Origin: a virus
Direction: 5' to 3' (one strand)
DNA: 64,000 nucleotides
Virus genome (UHGV): UHGV-1374671
Of the stretch, positions 45,406 to 56,235 are shown piece by piece. The position numbers and the translations under genes are program-made. Each line of letters starts with the position of its first letter. The first letter of the stretch is position 1. The notes beneath the pieces are model-generated. The model did not search any database, was not told where the DNA came from, and worked only from the letters and a program-made list of their open reading frames with translations.

Positions 45406-46067
45406 TCACAGATTACACGAAAGAGGCAACCACAAACACGATGGCTCCAGGCACCCTGCAGCAGTACCGGGCCATCCACTGGCTTCGCGGTGTGTTGCAG
45501 AACTTCATGACGGATCCGATCAACATCAAGGACGAGCGCCTCTGCGGGCTGCTCAAGATGCAGGACGGCATGAGCGATACGCAGTTGAGCGCCCTGTTCT
45601 CCGTTGGAGGTCCTTATTCTCAGAACTCGAAGAAGGCCGGTATCACTCCACAGATCCTGGTAGGCCTGGGTGCCACGTCGTACCCGATGCGCCCGATCAA
45701 TGACTTTGTAGGGGATGCTCAGGTGTCCCAGTTCGTGTACAACCCGCAGGGCGCTTCCTATCGAACCATCGAGATGACCGTGACAGTGGTCACTGAATCC
45801 TACGACGGTACGATCCTTCTTTGCGGCTTCATCGAGGACTTCCTGCTTATCAATGCCCAGGTGCTGGCTGCGGACAGCAGGATTCTGTCAACCATCAATG
45901 TGGCTGGAACCAGTGCACCGCAGGAGATCACGGCAGAACAGATCAAGAACGCAAAACCCATTTACCAGCAGGTGATCGGATTGCGTGCCACCGGAGGACT
46001 CAGCTGGACCACTGATACGCAGGGTCCGGTGTTCAGGGGCATTCATTTGTCGCAAAAACTCATTTAA
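45396..46067 (+). CDS. hypothetical protein
   Basis: Overlaps upstream stop; 223 aa. Confidence 0.6.
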   Translation: MSIVTDYTKEATTNTMAPGTLQQYRAIHWLRGVLQNFMTDPINIKDERLCGLLKMQDGMSDTQLSALFSVGGPYSQNSKKAGITPQILVGLGATSYPMRPINDFVGDAQVSQFVYNPQGASYRTIEMTVTVVTESYDGTILLCGFIEDFLLINAQVLAADSRILSTINVAGTSAPQEITAEQIKNAKPIYQQVIGLRATGGLSWTTDTQGPVFRGIHLSQKLI

Positions 46068-46082
46068 GTTTTACCGTGCAGC

Positions 46083-46101
46083 TTTATTGAAAAGTAGAAA
46101 A
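46083..46101 (+). promoter_or_regulatory. dyad motif copy 4 (CTTTATTGAAAAAGTAGAAAA, left half degenerate), intergenic upstream of the sheath candidate
   Basis: AAGTAGAAAAC as in copy 2; followed by hairpin gcgcgagcag...ctgctcaagcgc spanning the ATG. Confidence 0.4.
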
Positions 46102-46126
46102 CGGATATCAAAGGCGCGAGCAGTGC

Positions 46127-48133
46127 ATGCTGACACCTGCTCAAGCGCAAATCGTCAGCAGAACGGGTACAATCATGGCACTTCAAAACTTTGACTTCCC
46201 CGGCGTGACTCTGAGACAGGAGTTTGCCGAGGCGTCCACTGGTACTACCAGTACGCTGGCTGTTGCCTGCGTAGGTCCGCAGTACAATCTGCACCGTGCT
46301 GACGTGGCCACTGAGGCTGCGAAGATCCCTCAGGAGAGCACTCAGTACGACCCTGACTCCGGTCTTACGGTAGCATCGCTTCCAGGCCGGGTAACGGATG
46401 CAACGCTCGACACCACTCCCAGCACCCAGCGGCTGGTGGTGAAGAACGGTGTGTTCACCTATACGGATTCACTCACTCCCACGCTCCAGGCTAACGGCAC
46501 GATCAAGTTCCCGCAGCCGGTTGCGGATGGCGGCGGTTTCACGGCCGCTGCCGCGTTCGGTACCCGGGGGGTCAAGGTGGGCGACCCGGTCATTCTGGAC
46601 TGGGGAACCACCAAGGTCAATACCGAGATCATTGGACTGGTTTCGGAAACCGGCAAGGGGTACAACACCATCGTGGTCAAGGAGCTCGACCAGCCGGATA
46701 GCGCCACACTGAGCAAAGTCAACTTCGGCGTCTATCAGGACGCTACCTTCCAGGCCGGTTCCGATACGTTCTCCATTGCGGCGAACGGAGCAATGACGAT
46801 TCAGGGCGGACTCACCGCTCCGATCAACGAGCTGTCCGGTATGGAGGGGACTCTGCAAGCCGGTGACTTCTATGTGGAGTACCGGGAGCTGACGCAGAAA
46901 TATGTCGGAAAACTGGGATCGGTTTCCAGCGCCGCCGACGTCGAGGCTGTTCTTGGCGGCGTCACTGCGGAGAACCCGCTGGCGCTGGCCACCTACTTTG
47001 CGGCGATGGCGTCCAAAGGCGTGACGGTGTACTTCTCCGCTACCCGGGACGATTCCTCGCAGTCATACCTGGACGCCATGGACTTCCTGGAAAAGTACAC
47101 TGCGGTGTACAGTGTGGTTCCGACCACGGAGGATAAGGACGTCATTCTGGCCGCCGCCGGTTCGGTGGTTGCGGTGTCCGAAGACGAGGAAAGCAAGATC
47201 CGTCGCACACTGTGGTTCGGAAACACCATCCCGGATCAGGTTCAGATCTGGGAGGGCAAGGGCACCCCGGCTGCGGTTGTCGAGGAAAATCCTCAGGTCG
47301 TCACCATGGAAGAGAACGTGTTCTACGAGCATCCGTTCCGCAAGGGCGATTACCTGATCAACAATGCCGACGGCAAGGCCTATGAAATCGCATCCACGGA
47401 CGGGATGTCCAAGGCCACGCTGGTAGCCGGTGCAGAAATTGCCGGTACGTCTCCGCTGAGTTTCCGCCTGGTGCGCGGCAACCCGCTGAACGAAGACCTG
47501 ATTGATGTGATTATCAGTCAGCGTTACGTGTCCAGCTACCGCGTTCAGTGCGTATGGGCAGACAACATCCTGTTCAACGGGGAGGTTGTCCCGAACTTCG
47601 CCGGAGCGGCAGCTGCAGCTGGTATGCGCGCTTACGAGGCTCCGCATCGTCCGCTGTCGAACCTGGGATACGTGTTCTTCTCCATCGAGGAGCCGCACGG
47701 ATTTACCCGGTCGCAGCTGAAGACCATCGGTTCCAACGGTATCTGGATCATCGCCAACAATGAAGACGGCACCCCGATCAATATGAAGCAGATCACCACC
47801 GCGATGCAGAACAACGTCAACGTCGACGAGGAAAGCATCGTGGCTAACGCAGACGAAATTGCGCTCGATCTGGTTCATGCCGGTGAGACCAGAGTCGGCA
47901 ACAGCAACATCAGCCCGGCGCTGATTGCTGCGCTCGATATGGAGATCACCACCCGCATGGAATCTCGCCTGCGGAACACCAGCGGAAGTGCTTATGTCGG
48001 TCCGCAGCTGCTCAGCTGGGAACTGCTCAACATCTATCAGGATACTGTCAATCTCGATTGGGTGTGGGCTGAGATCGAGTGCGAGCCGCCGAAACCGTTT
48101 AACAAGTTCAAAATGGTCATGCGGATCATCTAA
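46127..48133 (+). CDS. tail sheath protein candidate (start may be 46176)
   Basis: 668 aa, immediately upstream of a 176-aa tube-sized gene; myovirus gene order. Confidence 0.45.
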   Translation: MLTPAQAQIVSRTGTIMALQNFDFPGVTLRQEFAEASTGTTSTLAVACVGPQYNLHRADVATEAAKIPQESTQYDPDSGLTVASLPGRVTDATLDTTPSTQRLVVKNGVFTYTDSLTPTLQANGTIKFPQPVADGGGFTAAAAFGTRGVKVGDPVILDWGTTKVNTEIIGLVSETGKGYNTIVVKELDQPDSATLSKVNFGVYQDATFQAGSDTFSIAANGAMTIQGGLTAPINELSGMEGTLQAGDFYVEYRELTQKYVGKLGSVSSAADVEAVLGGVTAENPLALATYFAAMASKGVTVYFSATRDDSSQSYLDAMDFLEKYTAVYSVVPTTEDKDVILAAAGSVVAVSEDEESKIRRTLWFGNTIPDQVQIWEGKGTPAAVVEENPQVVTMEENVFYEHPFRKGDYLINNADGKAYEIASTDGMSKATLVAGAEIAGTSPLSFRLVRGNPLNEDLIDVIISQRYVSSYRVQCVWADNILFNGEVVPNFAGAAAAAGMRAYEAPHRPLSNLGYVFFSIEEPHGFTRSQLKTIGSNGIWIIANNEDGTPINMKQITTAMQNNVNVDEESIVANADEIALDLVHAGETRVGNSNISPALIAALDMEITTRMESRLRNTSGSAYVGPQLLSWELLNIYQDTVNLDWVWAEIECEPPKPFNKFKMVMRII

Positions 48134-48147
48134 AGGAGGCTCTCACA

Positions 48148-48678
48148 ATGAACGTCTTTACCAATCCTTACAACTCCACCCAAACCTGGTCCGCTCAGGG
48201 GGCCATTGTTACGTGGGGCGTTGGAAGCGGAGATGCCAACAGTCTCGGAGGATCTCAGATTCCGCTTATGATGCTGAATCTGAACATGTCGTATCAGCGT
48301 CAGGTTGCCAAGTTCTACCCGGTCAACGGGGATGCACAAGGCAACATGACAAAGTACAACATCAGCGGTGCCCCACAGGGCATGCTGCAGGTCGGAAGTA
48401 TTTACGGCCCGTCCAACTCCGGTCTGAGTGCATTTATTGAAGCTGTTGCCAAGGACTGCAAGCAGGACTCTGACACGGTACTGATCAAGATTCAGCCGTT
48501 TGGCAATCTGAACTGTTCCAGCTCCGGAGGTGGAAACACCTTTAACAATAGCAAGAACAGTTTCCTGCTGCGAGGTCTGGAACTGGAATCTCTCGGTATG
48601 CAGATCCAGGGCGGCGAAGTCGCTGTGGTGAACATGCCGCTGACTTTCAGCTTCACGTCTTTGGTCTGGGATATCTGA
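48148..48678 (+). CDS. tail tube protein candidate
   Basis: 176 aa directly after the sheath candidate; RBS aaaggagg. Confidence 0.45.
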   Translation: MNVFTNPYNSTQTWSAQGAIVTWGVGSGDANSLGGSQIPLMMLNLNMSYQRQVAKFYPVNGDAQGNMTKYNISGAPQGMLQVGSIYGPSNSGLSAFIEAVAKDCKQDSDTVLIKIQPFGNLNCSSSGGGNTFNNSKNSFLLRGLELESLGMQIQGGEVAVVNMPLTFSFTSLVWDI

Positions 48679-48770
48679 GCTGATTAACAGTGACCTGCAC
48701 CTGGTCCCCCTTACTGCGGCCAACGCTAACGTAAGGGGGATCATTTATTTTGAACTGAAAGGGATACATT

Positions 48771-51281
48771 ATGGCGGATTCCTTGTTTGTCGGCACCATT
48801 GCTGCCAGCGCTCCTGACTACGGTGTCGTTCTGGTGTCCAGAGGACATACCACAATTGGCCTGGGCGATCTCGTAATCGCTCATCTGCCATACAGTGACG
48901 GGCAGTTCGGGGCCGTTCCCAAGATCGCGTTCCCAACAGGAACCGATGTGCTGTGCTGGCAGAACGAAAGCTCCTCTCATCTGGCTTACGTGCTGGGAGC
49001 CGCCAACAAGATGATCAGCGACAATGAGGAGTACACAGGCGGCAATCTGCTGTACCATATCGACAAGTTCCTGACCGGTGACGCCCGTGCGTTTGAGGAC
49101 ATGCTGAACGGTCTCATCAGCCAGTACAGAACCTATTTCAGGAATCACTCCCAGGGGGCCGACAGGGACATCCTTCCAGGGGACTTCGACGCACTGGATA
49201 GGGAAGGCCTGGCCGGACTGCACGTGGGTCGTCTGCTTGCCACACTGCGGGGCTCATCGGTGTCCTGCATTGACGTGTCGTCACTGACCAACGCGATACG
49301 CTCCATCGGCGTCACAATAGAGGAGCACACACTCAGGACAGAACGCGTGGTGGATAATGGCATAACGGCCAACAACAGGGCGCTGTCCACCAGTGAGGCA
49401 TTCGGCCTGAGAACCGGTGCCATTATGGAACAGTCCCCTGATGGAACCTCCTTGAGCCCAGTCAATCCCAGCGCCATACCGCTATACCGGTTCCAGTCAG
49501 TGGAAGGAGAAGCGCTACATGGGTCAGAAGATCTGGTTGTCAGTTTCCCGCAGGATACCGAGGTGCATGATTCCGGTACGGAGCCTCCTATTCTGGCCAG
49601 GGAAAGGACGGATCTTGGAGGGGCTATATCCAAAGCCAGTTCGCAAGGCATCCTAATGGCGAAGACTCCGCTCATTCCCGGCATTCATCAACTCGGATAT
49701 GGTGAGCAATCCGCGAAGTCTCCTGACAGCGGCACGTTCTACGATCTCAGGGAACCCTATGAAGCAGGAGACGAGGGCGAGGAAACCACGGAAGAAAAAG
49801 ACGCTTCACCGGAAGAGAAGGTGGACGACGCAGCACTCAACAAGCTGATTGAAACCCTGCTGTCAGAGGACTACAAGGCGCTGCTCAAGGAGAAGCTGGC
49901 TGCCAAAGGCCTGAAGCTGTCCACCATTGACAGCTCCATCTACGGCAAGATGGAGGAGCCGGATGAGATTAGCGGGATCACTACTGAAGCGGCGTATCCG
50001 TTGCCGAAGACGCTGACCCTGGTGGATCCTGCCACTGGAAACGAGCAGCTGTACTATGCGTCAGCGTCGTTCATCTCCCAGGAGTCCGACGGCAGCATCC
50101 TGATCTGTGACGGGTACGGCAGCGAGATCCGCATGTCCCGTGGTAACATCTACATCGCATCCGCACTGGATACCTTTATTCGGCCTGGCCGCGACCTAAG
50201 TGCCATGGTGCCGAGACATCAGTCGTTCAATTCGCAGGGTTCCTGTACGATCAACAGTTCGGACGCCATGTTTGTCAGAGCCGTCAACAGTCTGAAGATT
50301 GCAGGAGCCACTGGAGGTACCGGAGTGGTGACTCTGGAAAGCAAATCCACCCAGGCCGTGGACGTTCCAGGTGGTCTGGTGATCAAATCGAACTCGAATC
50401 TGTCCGTGACCGGCAAGGATCTCTATATCGGCAGAAACGCGCATGAAGGCAAAGCTCAGAACAGGGTAACCGAGCCGGAAGAACAGGGCATGATCATCCT
50501 GGACGCCGGCAGCAACGGCACCATCCTGGAGCGCAGTTTGGCACACACCATGGACTCCATGGAAGTAACGGTGGGCTCGCTGCAGGGATACAGCAACGCG
50601 GCGCTGGTGGTGAGACAGGGCAACATCGGACTCCTGGCAAGGTATGTGCAGATACCTGCGAATGTCGCTATTCAGGGCCTGAACGGACTCGCCACTGTTT
50701 CCGTCTATCGGGACGGGGACATGGTAGATCTTGCGCTGACCACATCCTCTGTATGCGGGGTCACCGTAAACGGCAGCATGATTGTGGACAAGGATTTCCA
50801 GGTCAACGACAGTATGAAGGTTGTCAACACATTGCTGGCCAAAAAGATAGGTTCTACATCCGAACTAAACGGATTGATAGAGTCCAAGGAAGCCGACAAG
50901 GTGTTCCGCAAAGAAGGGCTCGGCTCATCCGTTGCACCGTCCAGTGTCGGCCGTACCGTGTCCGGTATGCTGAAGCAGAGATCGAATACCCTGTATCAGG
51001 ATTACTTCGTGACCGGCAACCAGTTCTCGTTCCCGAAGGACTACGGGATCAGCTCCACCTTGCGTTTCCCAGGCATGGTATGGCAGGCCAGGGACTTCAG
51101 GTACAGCACATCTGAAGTGGTGTGGACAGAACAGTACATTAAGGACGCCAACAACGAGGAAACTGCTTGCTACCCAGGATATAATGTCTGGGAAGAAGCC
51201 ACGCTGTCCGTGACCGGCTATGAAACCAAAAAGCTGAAGGACAGCTACGTCATCAATGCTGAAAGGACTCCTGTAAGATGA
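48771..51281 (+). CDS. hypothetical tail protein (836 aa)
   Basis: Long ORF; RBS gaaaggga. Confidence 0.6.
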   Translation: MADSLFVGTIAASAPDYGVVLVSRGHTTIGLGDLVIAHLPYSDGQFGAVPKIAFPTGTDVLCWQNESSSHLAYVLGAANKMISDNEEYTGGNLLYHIDKFLTGDARAFEDMLNGLISQYRTYFRNHSQGADRDILPGDFDALDREGLAGLHVGRLLATLRGSSVSCIDVSSLTNAIRSIGVTIEEHTLRTERVVDNGITANNRALSTSEAFGLRTGAIMEQSPDGTSLSPVNPSAIPLYRFQSVEGEALHGSEDLVVSFPQDTEVHDSGTEPPILARERTDLGGAISKASSQGILMAKTPLIPGIHQLGYGEQSAKSPDSGTFYDLREPYEAGDEGEETTEEKDASPEEKVDDAALNKLIETLLSEDYKALLKEKLAAKGLKLSTIDSSIYGKMEEPDEISGITTEAAYPLPKTLTLVDPATGNEQLYYASASFISQESDGSILICDGYGSEIRMSRGNIYIASALDTFIRPGRDLSAMVPRHQSFNSQGSCTINSSDAMFVRAVNSLKIAGATGGTGVVTLESKSTQAVDVPGGLVIKSNSNLSVTGKDLYIGRNAHEGKAQNRVTEPEEQGMIILDAGSNGTILERSLAHTMDSMEVTVGSLQGYSNAALVVRQGNIGLLARYVQIPANVAIQGLNGLATVSVYRDGDMVDLALTTSSVCGVTVNGSMIVDKDFQVNDSMKVVNTLLAKKIGSTSELNGLIESKEADKVFRKEGLGSSVAPSSVGRTVSGMLKQRSNTLYQDYFVTGNQFSFPKDYGISSTLRFPGMVWQARDFRYSTSEVVWTEQYIKDANNEETACYPGYNVWEEATLSVTGYETKKLKDSYVINAERTPVR

Positions 51282-52018
51282 TCGAGCAAGATATGTATGA
51301 GAAGGGACTGGAAATGATGGCAGCCGCTCATGAACAGGCAGCTGCCAGCCAGGCCAGGGAAGCCAATGCCGAACCCAAGTCGGACGACAAGGAGCAGCCC
51401 AAAAAGGACGAACCTGAACTGATGCTGTGTCCGTGCTGCAATAAGAGAACCCTGGTACGTCCTATCGAGGTGAAAGGGGAGCTGCTGGATCACTACATGG
51501 CCTGCATCCTGTCCGGAGAGCCTTTCTGGCGTGAGTACCCGATTTACAGGGGCCATATGCTGGTTACGGTGTCTCAGATCAACTCAGAGGATCAGGAGCT
51601 GATGGAAGCCGGGATCTCCTCGCTTGATTCTCTGTCCGCACTGTTGAACAAGGCCGCGAAGGTGGAACTCAACAAGCTGCAGTACCTGCAGAACCTGATC
51701 AAGCTCTACGGCAGTATCCAGACTATCAAAGTCAAGAGCAAGGACGGGTTTAAGGCGTTCCTTCCCAAATCGCATGTGCTGTCCGTCTGCGAAGGATTAA
51801 AAGACCTGGCGCTAAAACTGGTGACAGAGGAGGTCACCCCAGAGGACGCGATGCTGGAGGTGGACAAGGCGCACAAGGTGCTCACCAACCAGCAGCTGCT
51901 GTCGGCTGCCCCGCATCCGTTGCTGATGTCGGTTGTCGAGAGCCACAACTATCTGTACAATCTTCTGCTGGCGTCAGGATTCGACACAAATTTTTGGGAA
52001 GGTATCGAGTTAGCCTGA
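51278..52018 (+). CDS. tail assembly chaperone (G-like) with -1 frameshift site near its 3' end
   Basis: ATGA overlap with upstream gene. Slippery A_AAT_TTT at 51988-51994 lies 22 nt before the stop. The next ORF is in the -1 frame. Confidence 0.55.
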   Translation: MIEQDMYEKGLEMMAAAHEQAAASQAREANAEPKSDDKEQPKKDEPELMLCPCCNKRTLVRPIEVKGELLDHYMACILSGEPFWREYPIYRGHMLVTVSQINSEDQELMEAGISSLDSLSALLNKAAKVELNKLQYLQNLIKLYGSIQTIKVKSKDGFKAFLPKSHVLSVCEGLKDLALKLVTEEVTPEDAMLEVDKAHKVLTNQQLLSAAPHPLLMSVVESHNYLYNLLLASGFDTNFWEGIELA

Positions 52019-52044
52019 TCCTGGCCATGCCTGAATTCGATACC
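51988..52044 (+). promoter_or_regulatory. programmed -1 ribosomal frameshift signal: heptamer AAATTTT, 6-nt spacer, stem GGTATCGA...TCGATACC
   Basis: X_XXY_YYZ fits the 0 frame of ORF 51278. The 8-bp stem starts at 52001. The -1 frame is open for 130 codons. Confidence 0.55.
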
Positions 52045-52386
52045 GCCGGTACGATTCGCAGATTCGCCAAAGACCCGAAGAATCTGGGAAACAAACAGGC
52101 ATGGAGATTTCTGCAGCGCAGAGCAAGGCTTTCTGTGAGCTGGGACGGTTTCCGCGCCGGCGGCGTGGATAATATGGAGCTGCTGTCCCAGATGCGACTG
52201 GGGGCGTATACTTCAGTCAACGACACCATATCCTCCGGGCCTTCCGGCAACGACATCACCACGGACAAAATTCTGGAAATGGATCCGAAGGAACGGGATG
52301 ACTGGTTCATCAGAATCTGCGACTCGGTGGGTGTCAAAGTTGACCCGGAAGCATTGATAAATGCACGTAAGGGTACGCAACAGTGA
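51994..52386 (+). CDS. frameshift extension (GT-like C-terminal part), not independently initiated
   Basis: No ATG or RBS; in -1 frame relative to 51278..52018; ends 4 nt into the tape-measure candidate. Confidence 0.45.
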   Translation: MGRYRVSLILAMPEFDTAGTIRRFAKDPKNLGNKQAWRFLQRRARLSVSWDGFRAGGVDNMELLSQMRLGAYTSVNDTISSGPSGNDITTDKILEMDPKERDDWFIRICDSVGVKVDPEALINARKGTQQ

Positions 52387-55304
52387 GCTATCAATTTACC
52401 AATTTCAATCCGAGCGCTGCGTCCGTAACGACAGGCTCTGATTTGTTCAACCAAGGACTGGCTAAGGTTCTTGGTTCCATTATTCCCGGTGGGGAAGCTA
52501 TGGCGGGATTGGCGTCTCCTTTCCTGCAGCGCATGCTGGGCATACAGAACGACGTCCTGATGAACTCCGTCATCATGTCCAACATGACCACTTACGGAAC
52601 GTACCAGCAGAACATGAGCCGCATGGCCTCCATGATCGGACAGCAGAGCGCTGCTCCGTTCATGAACGCAGCTCAGAATCAGTTCCTGCAGGGCATCGCC
52701 CGTACCATGACGTCCGAGGAGGCCTACCGGCAGAAGTTTATTGAGGGCAAGACGAACGCCCCCACCTACCAGGCCTACATCAATAGCGAAGTGCAGGGAC
52801 TGAAGAACAACCCAATCACCAGCACCCTGTATAGCATGTTGGATCCGATGAGTATGAACGACGCCGGCAGGTATATGGGATACACTGCCACCAACATGAT
52901 CCAGGCTGGACTGGCCGCTGGCAACCGCAATGCGTTCGCCAATGTCAAGACGGTCATGCGCGGTCTGTTCCAGGACGAGAATGGGAATTACAATTTCAGC
53001 TCCAGTGATTACGGTGGCATGGGACAGACCGAAGTGACGGCTCTGATGGCGGCTCTCACCAAGAACACGGATTTCCTGAAAGACGCTGATCTGACCAAGG
53101 CCGGATCTCTTGGTGACGCAGCCAAGAGATTGAAGGACACTGTGCAGGAGTATGCCAAAGCGCTGGCCCCTCTGAAGGACGTGTTTGGAAAAGACATCCC
53201 AGGCATGCTCCAGTCCATTGAGGAGCTCACCGGACAGAGCATAGCCACCATGGATCCGGAAAGAGCCCGTTCCGTGGCCATCAGGGCCATCGACAGCACC
53301 AGCACGGGTAGATACTCGCTGCAGCACCTGACAGCGATCTCCGGAGTTATGAATCAGCAAATGAGAGGCATGAATGTTCCTACCCTGAACCGGCTGAACG
53401 CCACGCTGTATGCCAGCCGTGCATTGGACTACATGAAAGGAGGTGTCATGCCGAATTTCATGACTGCAGACGACTTCAACAACGCTGCGGCGAACCTCGC
53501 GCTGTCCACTGCCAGCTCCAATGGCGCGGACATGTTCGATCAGGCGTACTCACTGTGGGCTCACAACCAGGAAATGGCCGGCAAGGATTCCAGCATAGAC
53601 ACCTTCAAAGACATGGTGCAGAAAACGGCTGGTCCCAATGGAAATATGCTGAAGGCCGCCATGGCTGTCGCTGGTGCGAACAGTTCCATGGACCTGGAAC
53701 GCGGCATGAACTATTCAGGGTACAGGAACGCAAAAGAAACCGGACTGGGACAGGGCATGGCCTTCGATTCATACCTGAAGCAGGAGGGCAGAGTCGCCAC
53801 GGACTACGTGGCAGGCAACAAAGGGCTGCGTCAGTCCCTGGGAGCCATTGCCGGCAGGGAGATCGGATACGAAGAAACGTACCAAATGTTCCAGAAGACA
53901 CTGGATCTGGTTGACAAGGATGTCAGTCTTCTCAACATGAACGACACACAGCGCAGAGCCGCGTTGAAGCAACAGGGACTGACCGACGCCGAGATCAACA
54001 TGCAGAACGTCCTCATGACCCGTATCACCCAGGACTCCTGGTTCACGCCGTTTGTAGGACAGCTGTTCATGGTGGACGGCTTCCGCAAGCAGGAGCAGGC
54101 TCGCAACAAGGCGGCCGAGCGCAGAAGTCTGATAGAGTCCCTGGACGTCAGCATTGCACAGGACGAGAAAGGATTGTTCCGCAAGCTGTTCGTAGACGGC
54201 GGAAAAGGGTTGCGCGACGGCGCTGTCACTGATATGCTGGCCAATGTGCAGCGGCTCGGTCTGGCAGGCTCGAAAGAAGCCGTGCAGGAAATGGAAGCGC
54301 TTCTGGTGATTGGTGCCAGGGAGGCTAACAGAACCATCGGAACCATAGACGGGCGGGCCAAGACACTTGCTGATTACGGGAAAGAAGTCAGAGAACTGTA
54401 CAGCGAGGATTCTGACACATACAAGACCTGGGTCAGGATGCAGGAAGCGAAACAGAGAATGGGTGGTTCAAGGACTCCCATCACGTATGAGCGTTTCGTT
54501 TCCATCCGTGCCCAGGCCATGAAGGCACGTGACGAGAAGGCGAGACAGAATGCAGCCAGAGATCTGGGCGTGTACGGCAGCGATGTTGCCGGTTTGAGCA
54601 ATGCCGGGTTCCGCACCAATCTGGAAAGGTGGATGCAGCTGTCCCAGAAAGAGAATCTGACGGACGCCGAGAAAGAGGAAATGAACACCGCCGAGAGCAT
54701 GGTTGTTCTGTACAGGGATCTTGGCGAGGACGCTCTCACCAGGCATATAGAGTCGTACACGGATGAGGTGACCTCGGATGACGAGCGCAAGAGGATGCAG
54801 TTGTCCGCTGAGAAGGAACTGGCCACCGTCTACCGGAAGCACGGTCGACAGGCCACTCTGAACTTTGTACAGCGCCGCGCCATTGAGAACAAACTGTCGG
54901 ACATGAAGGACTCCTCGCAGCTACTTGAGATGTGGGCTAAGGCGCAGGATTATGCCGGGATTACGGAACAGACCTCCAGCATCGACGCGGACAAGATGAA
55001 CGAAGCCTATAAGCGCATGGAAGCGGATTACAAGGCTGGGCGCAATCTTGGAGGCAGGACCAAGGAGCAGGCGCTGGCTGACCTTGAACAGCTGCGTCAG
55101 GGTGTGAACGAGGCGTCCACGGCGGTGGGACTGGGCGCCGGCCAGCAGGGAGATCAATTCAATGTGCTGGCAACGGCCATTCAGGACCTTGTCGAGTGGC
55201 TGAAAACCAACAAGACAGTCAACACCAACAGCGCCACCAACACAAGCAATACGAGTAAGGAAGTGAAGCCAAACGCCGGCAGCGGCGCGTCCGGTACATG
55301 GTAA
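52383..55304 (+). CDS. tape measure protein candidate
   Basis: 973-aa helical Q/N/M-rich protein directly after the chaperone frameshift pair. Confidence 0.5.
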   Translation: MSYQFTNFNPSAASVTTGSDLFNQGLAKVLGSIIPGGEAMAGLASPFLQRMLGIQNDVLMNSVIMSNMTTYGTYQQNMSRMASMIGQQSAAPFMNAAQNQFLQGIARTMTSEEAYRQKFIEGKTNAPTYQAYINSEVQGLKNNPITSTLYSMLDPMSMNDAGRYMGYTATNMIQAGLAAGNRNAFANVKTVMRGLFQDENGNYNFSSSDYGGMGQTEVTALMAALTKNTDFLKDADLTKAGSLGDAAKRLKDTVQEYAKALAPLKDVFGKDIPGMLQSIEELTGQSIATMDPERARSVAIRAIDSTSTGRYSLQHLTAISGVMNQQMRGMNVPTLNRLNATLYASRALDYMKGGVMPNFMTADDFNNAAANLALSTASSNGADMFDQAYSLWAHNQEMAGKDSSIDTFKDMVQKTAGPNGNMLKAAMAVAGANSSMDLERGMNYSGYRNAKETGLGQGMAFDSYLKQEGRVATDYVAGNKGLRQSLGAIAGREIGYEETYQMFQKTLDLVDKDVSLLNMNDTQRRAALKQQGLTDAEINMQNVLMTRITQDSWFTPFVGQLFMVDGFRKQEQARNKAAERRSLIESLDVSIAQDEKGLFRKLFVDGGKGLRDGAVTDMLANVQRLGLAGSKEAVQEMEALLVIGAREANRTIGTIDGRAKTLADYGKEVRELYSEDSDTYKTWVRMQEAKQRMGGSRTPITYERFVSIRAQAMKARDEKARQNAARDLGVYGSDVAGLSNAGFRTNLERWMQLSQKENLTDAEKEEMNTAESMVVLYRDLGEDALTRHIESYTDEVTSDDERKRMQLSAEKELATVYRKHGRQATLNFVQRRAIENKLSDMKDSSQLLEMWAKAQDYAGITEQTSSIDADKMNEAYKRMEADYKAGRNLGGRTKEQALADLEQLRQGVNEASTAVGLGAGQQGDQFNVLATAIQDLVEWLKTNKTVNTNSATNTSNTSKEVKPNAGSGASGTW

Positions 55305-55323
55305 ACAAGGGGCGGTAACAGTA

Positions 55324-55803
55324 ATGGCACTACAGCTTTTCAATTCAGGTATGGGAACAGTAAGCAAGACCGTGCTGGGTCAGCGTACTGCGTTCATCAC
55401 CTTTACAGATACGTTGAGAAAGGTTATCACAGCCACTGCTCCGGTTACCGGGGTGCGTGTTATGCAGCGGGTGGATTTTTCGGTTACGAAGTCGCTCAGC
55501 AAAGATTTCTTGATCTCGGCGTTCGGTGACCAGCCTGTGCAGATCGTGATTTCTGGAATGAGCATCTTCGCTGCCGGCTGTTCGGATGACGGCGACTCCT
55601 CAAACGCAATCCCGAAGTTCTACAGACAGAATCGAATCAGTACAGACCTGGATAAGCGTGTACAGGTCGGTATAGCCGGGCTGGGAAGCTCCAGTCAGGC
55701 GTTCAATTGCGCAGTGGTCGGGCTTGATTTGGAGGCGAACTCTGAGAACGCACAGGCCGGTACCAATACATACACGCTGACACTGGTTGGAGTTGAACTA
55801 TGA
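55324..55803 (+). CDS. hypothetical protein
   Basis: 159-aa ORF. Confidence 0.55.
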   Translation: MALQLFNSGMGTVSKTVLGQRTAFITFTDTLRKVITATAPVTGVRVMQRVDFSVTKSLSKDFLISAFGDQPVQIVISGMSIFAAGCSDDGDSSNAIPKFYRQNRISTDLDKRVQVGIAGLGSSSQAFNCAVVGLDLEANSENAQAGTNTYTLTLVGVEL

Positions 55804-56234
55804 CGAATCGCTTATACGGACTGCTGACCTACGGGCACAACCTGGAAGGTTCCTATTACAAAAAGCTGCATACTCCCGTTTTTCCTACGAATAATGGGAT
55901 TGAAATCCAGAAAATCATACTTTCCGGTGTACCTGAGGAAAGAATTCCAATGCTGGCCTGCTTTCTCTGCTACGAGGTGATGTTCACCGAATTCGGAGCT
56001 GAGATCAGGGAGCTGGACGGAAACAACACATACAACCCGGTGTCGAAGAACCCGAGTCTTGGTGTTCTTGACCAGAACAACCTGCTGCATGACCTGACAG
56101 GTCCAGTGTCCGACTACAAGTTCATGTATCGATATCTTGCGGATGATATTGTTTCCAGACTGTCCGTTCCTACCTGGCTGGACCTGATGGCGGCTGGTTG
56201 CCTGCAAATGCTGAGGGAAACGGAGAACAGCTGA
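55800..56234 (+). CDS. hypothetical protein
   Basis: ATGA overlap; 144 aa. Confidence 0.55.
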   Translation: MTNRLYGLLTYGHNLEGSYYKKLHTPVFPTNNGIEIQKIILSGVPEERIPMLACFLCYEVMFTEFGAEIRELDGNNTYNPVSKNPSLGVLDQNNLLHDLTGPVSDYKFMYRYLADDIVSRLSVPTWLDLMAAGCLQMLRETENS

Positions 56235-56235
56235 T

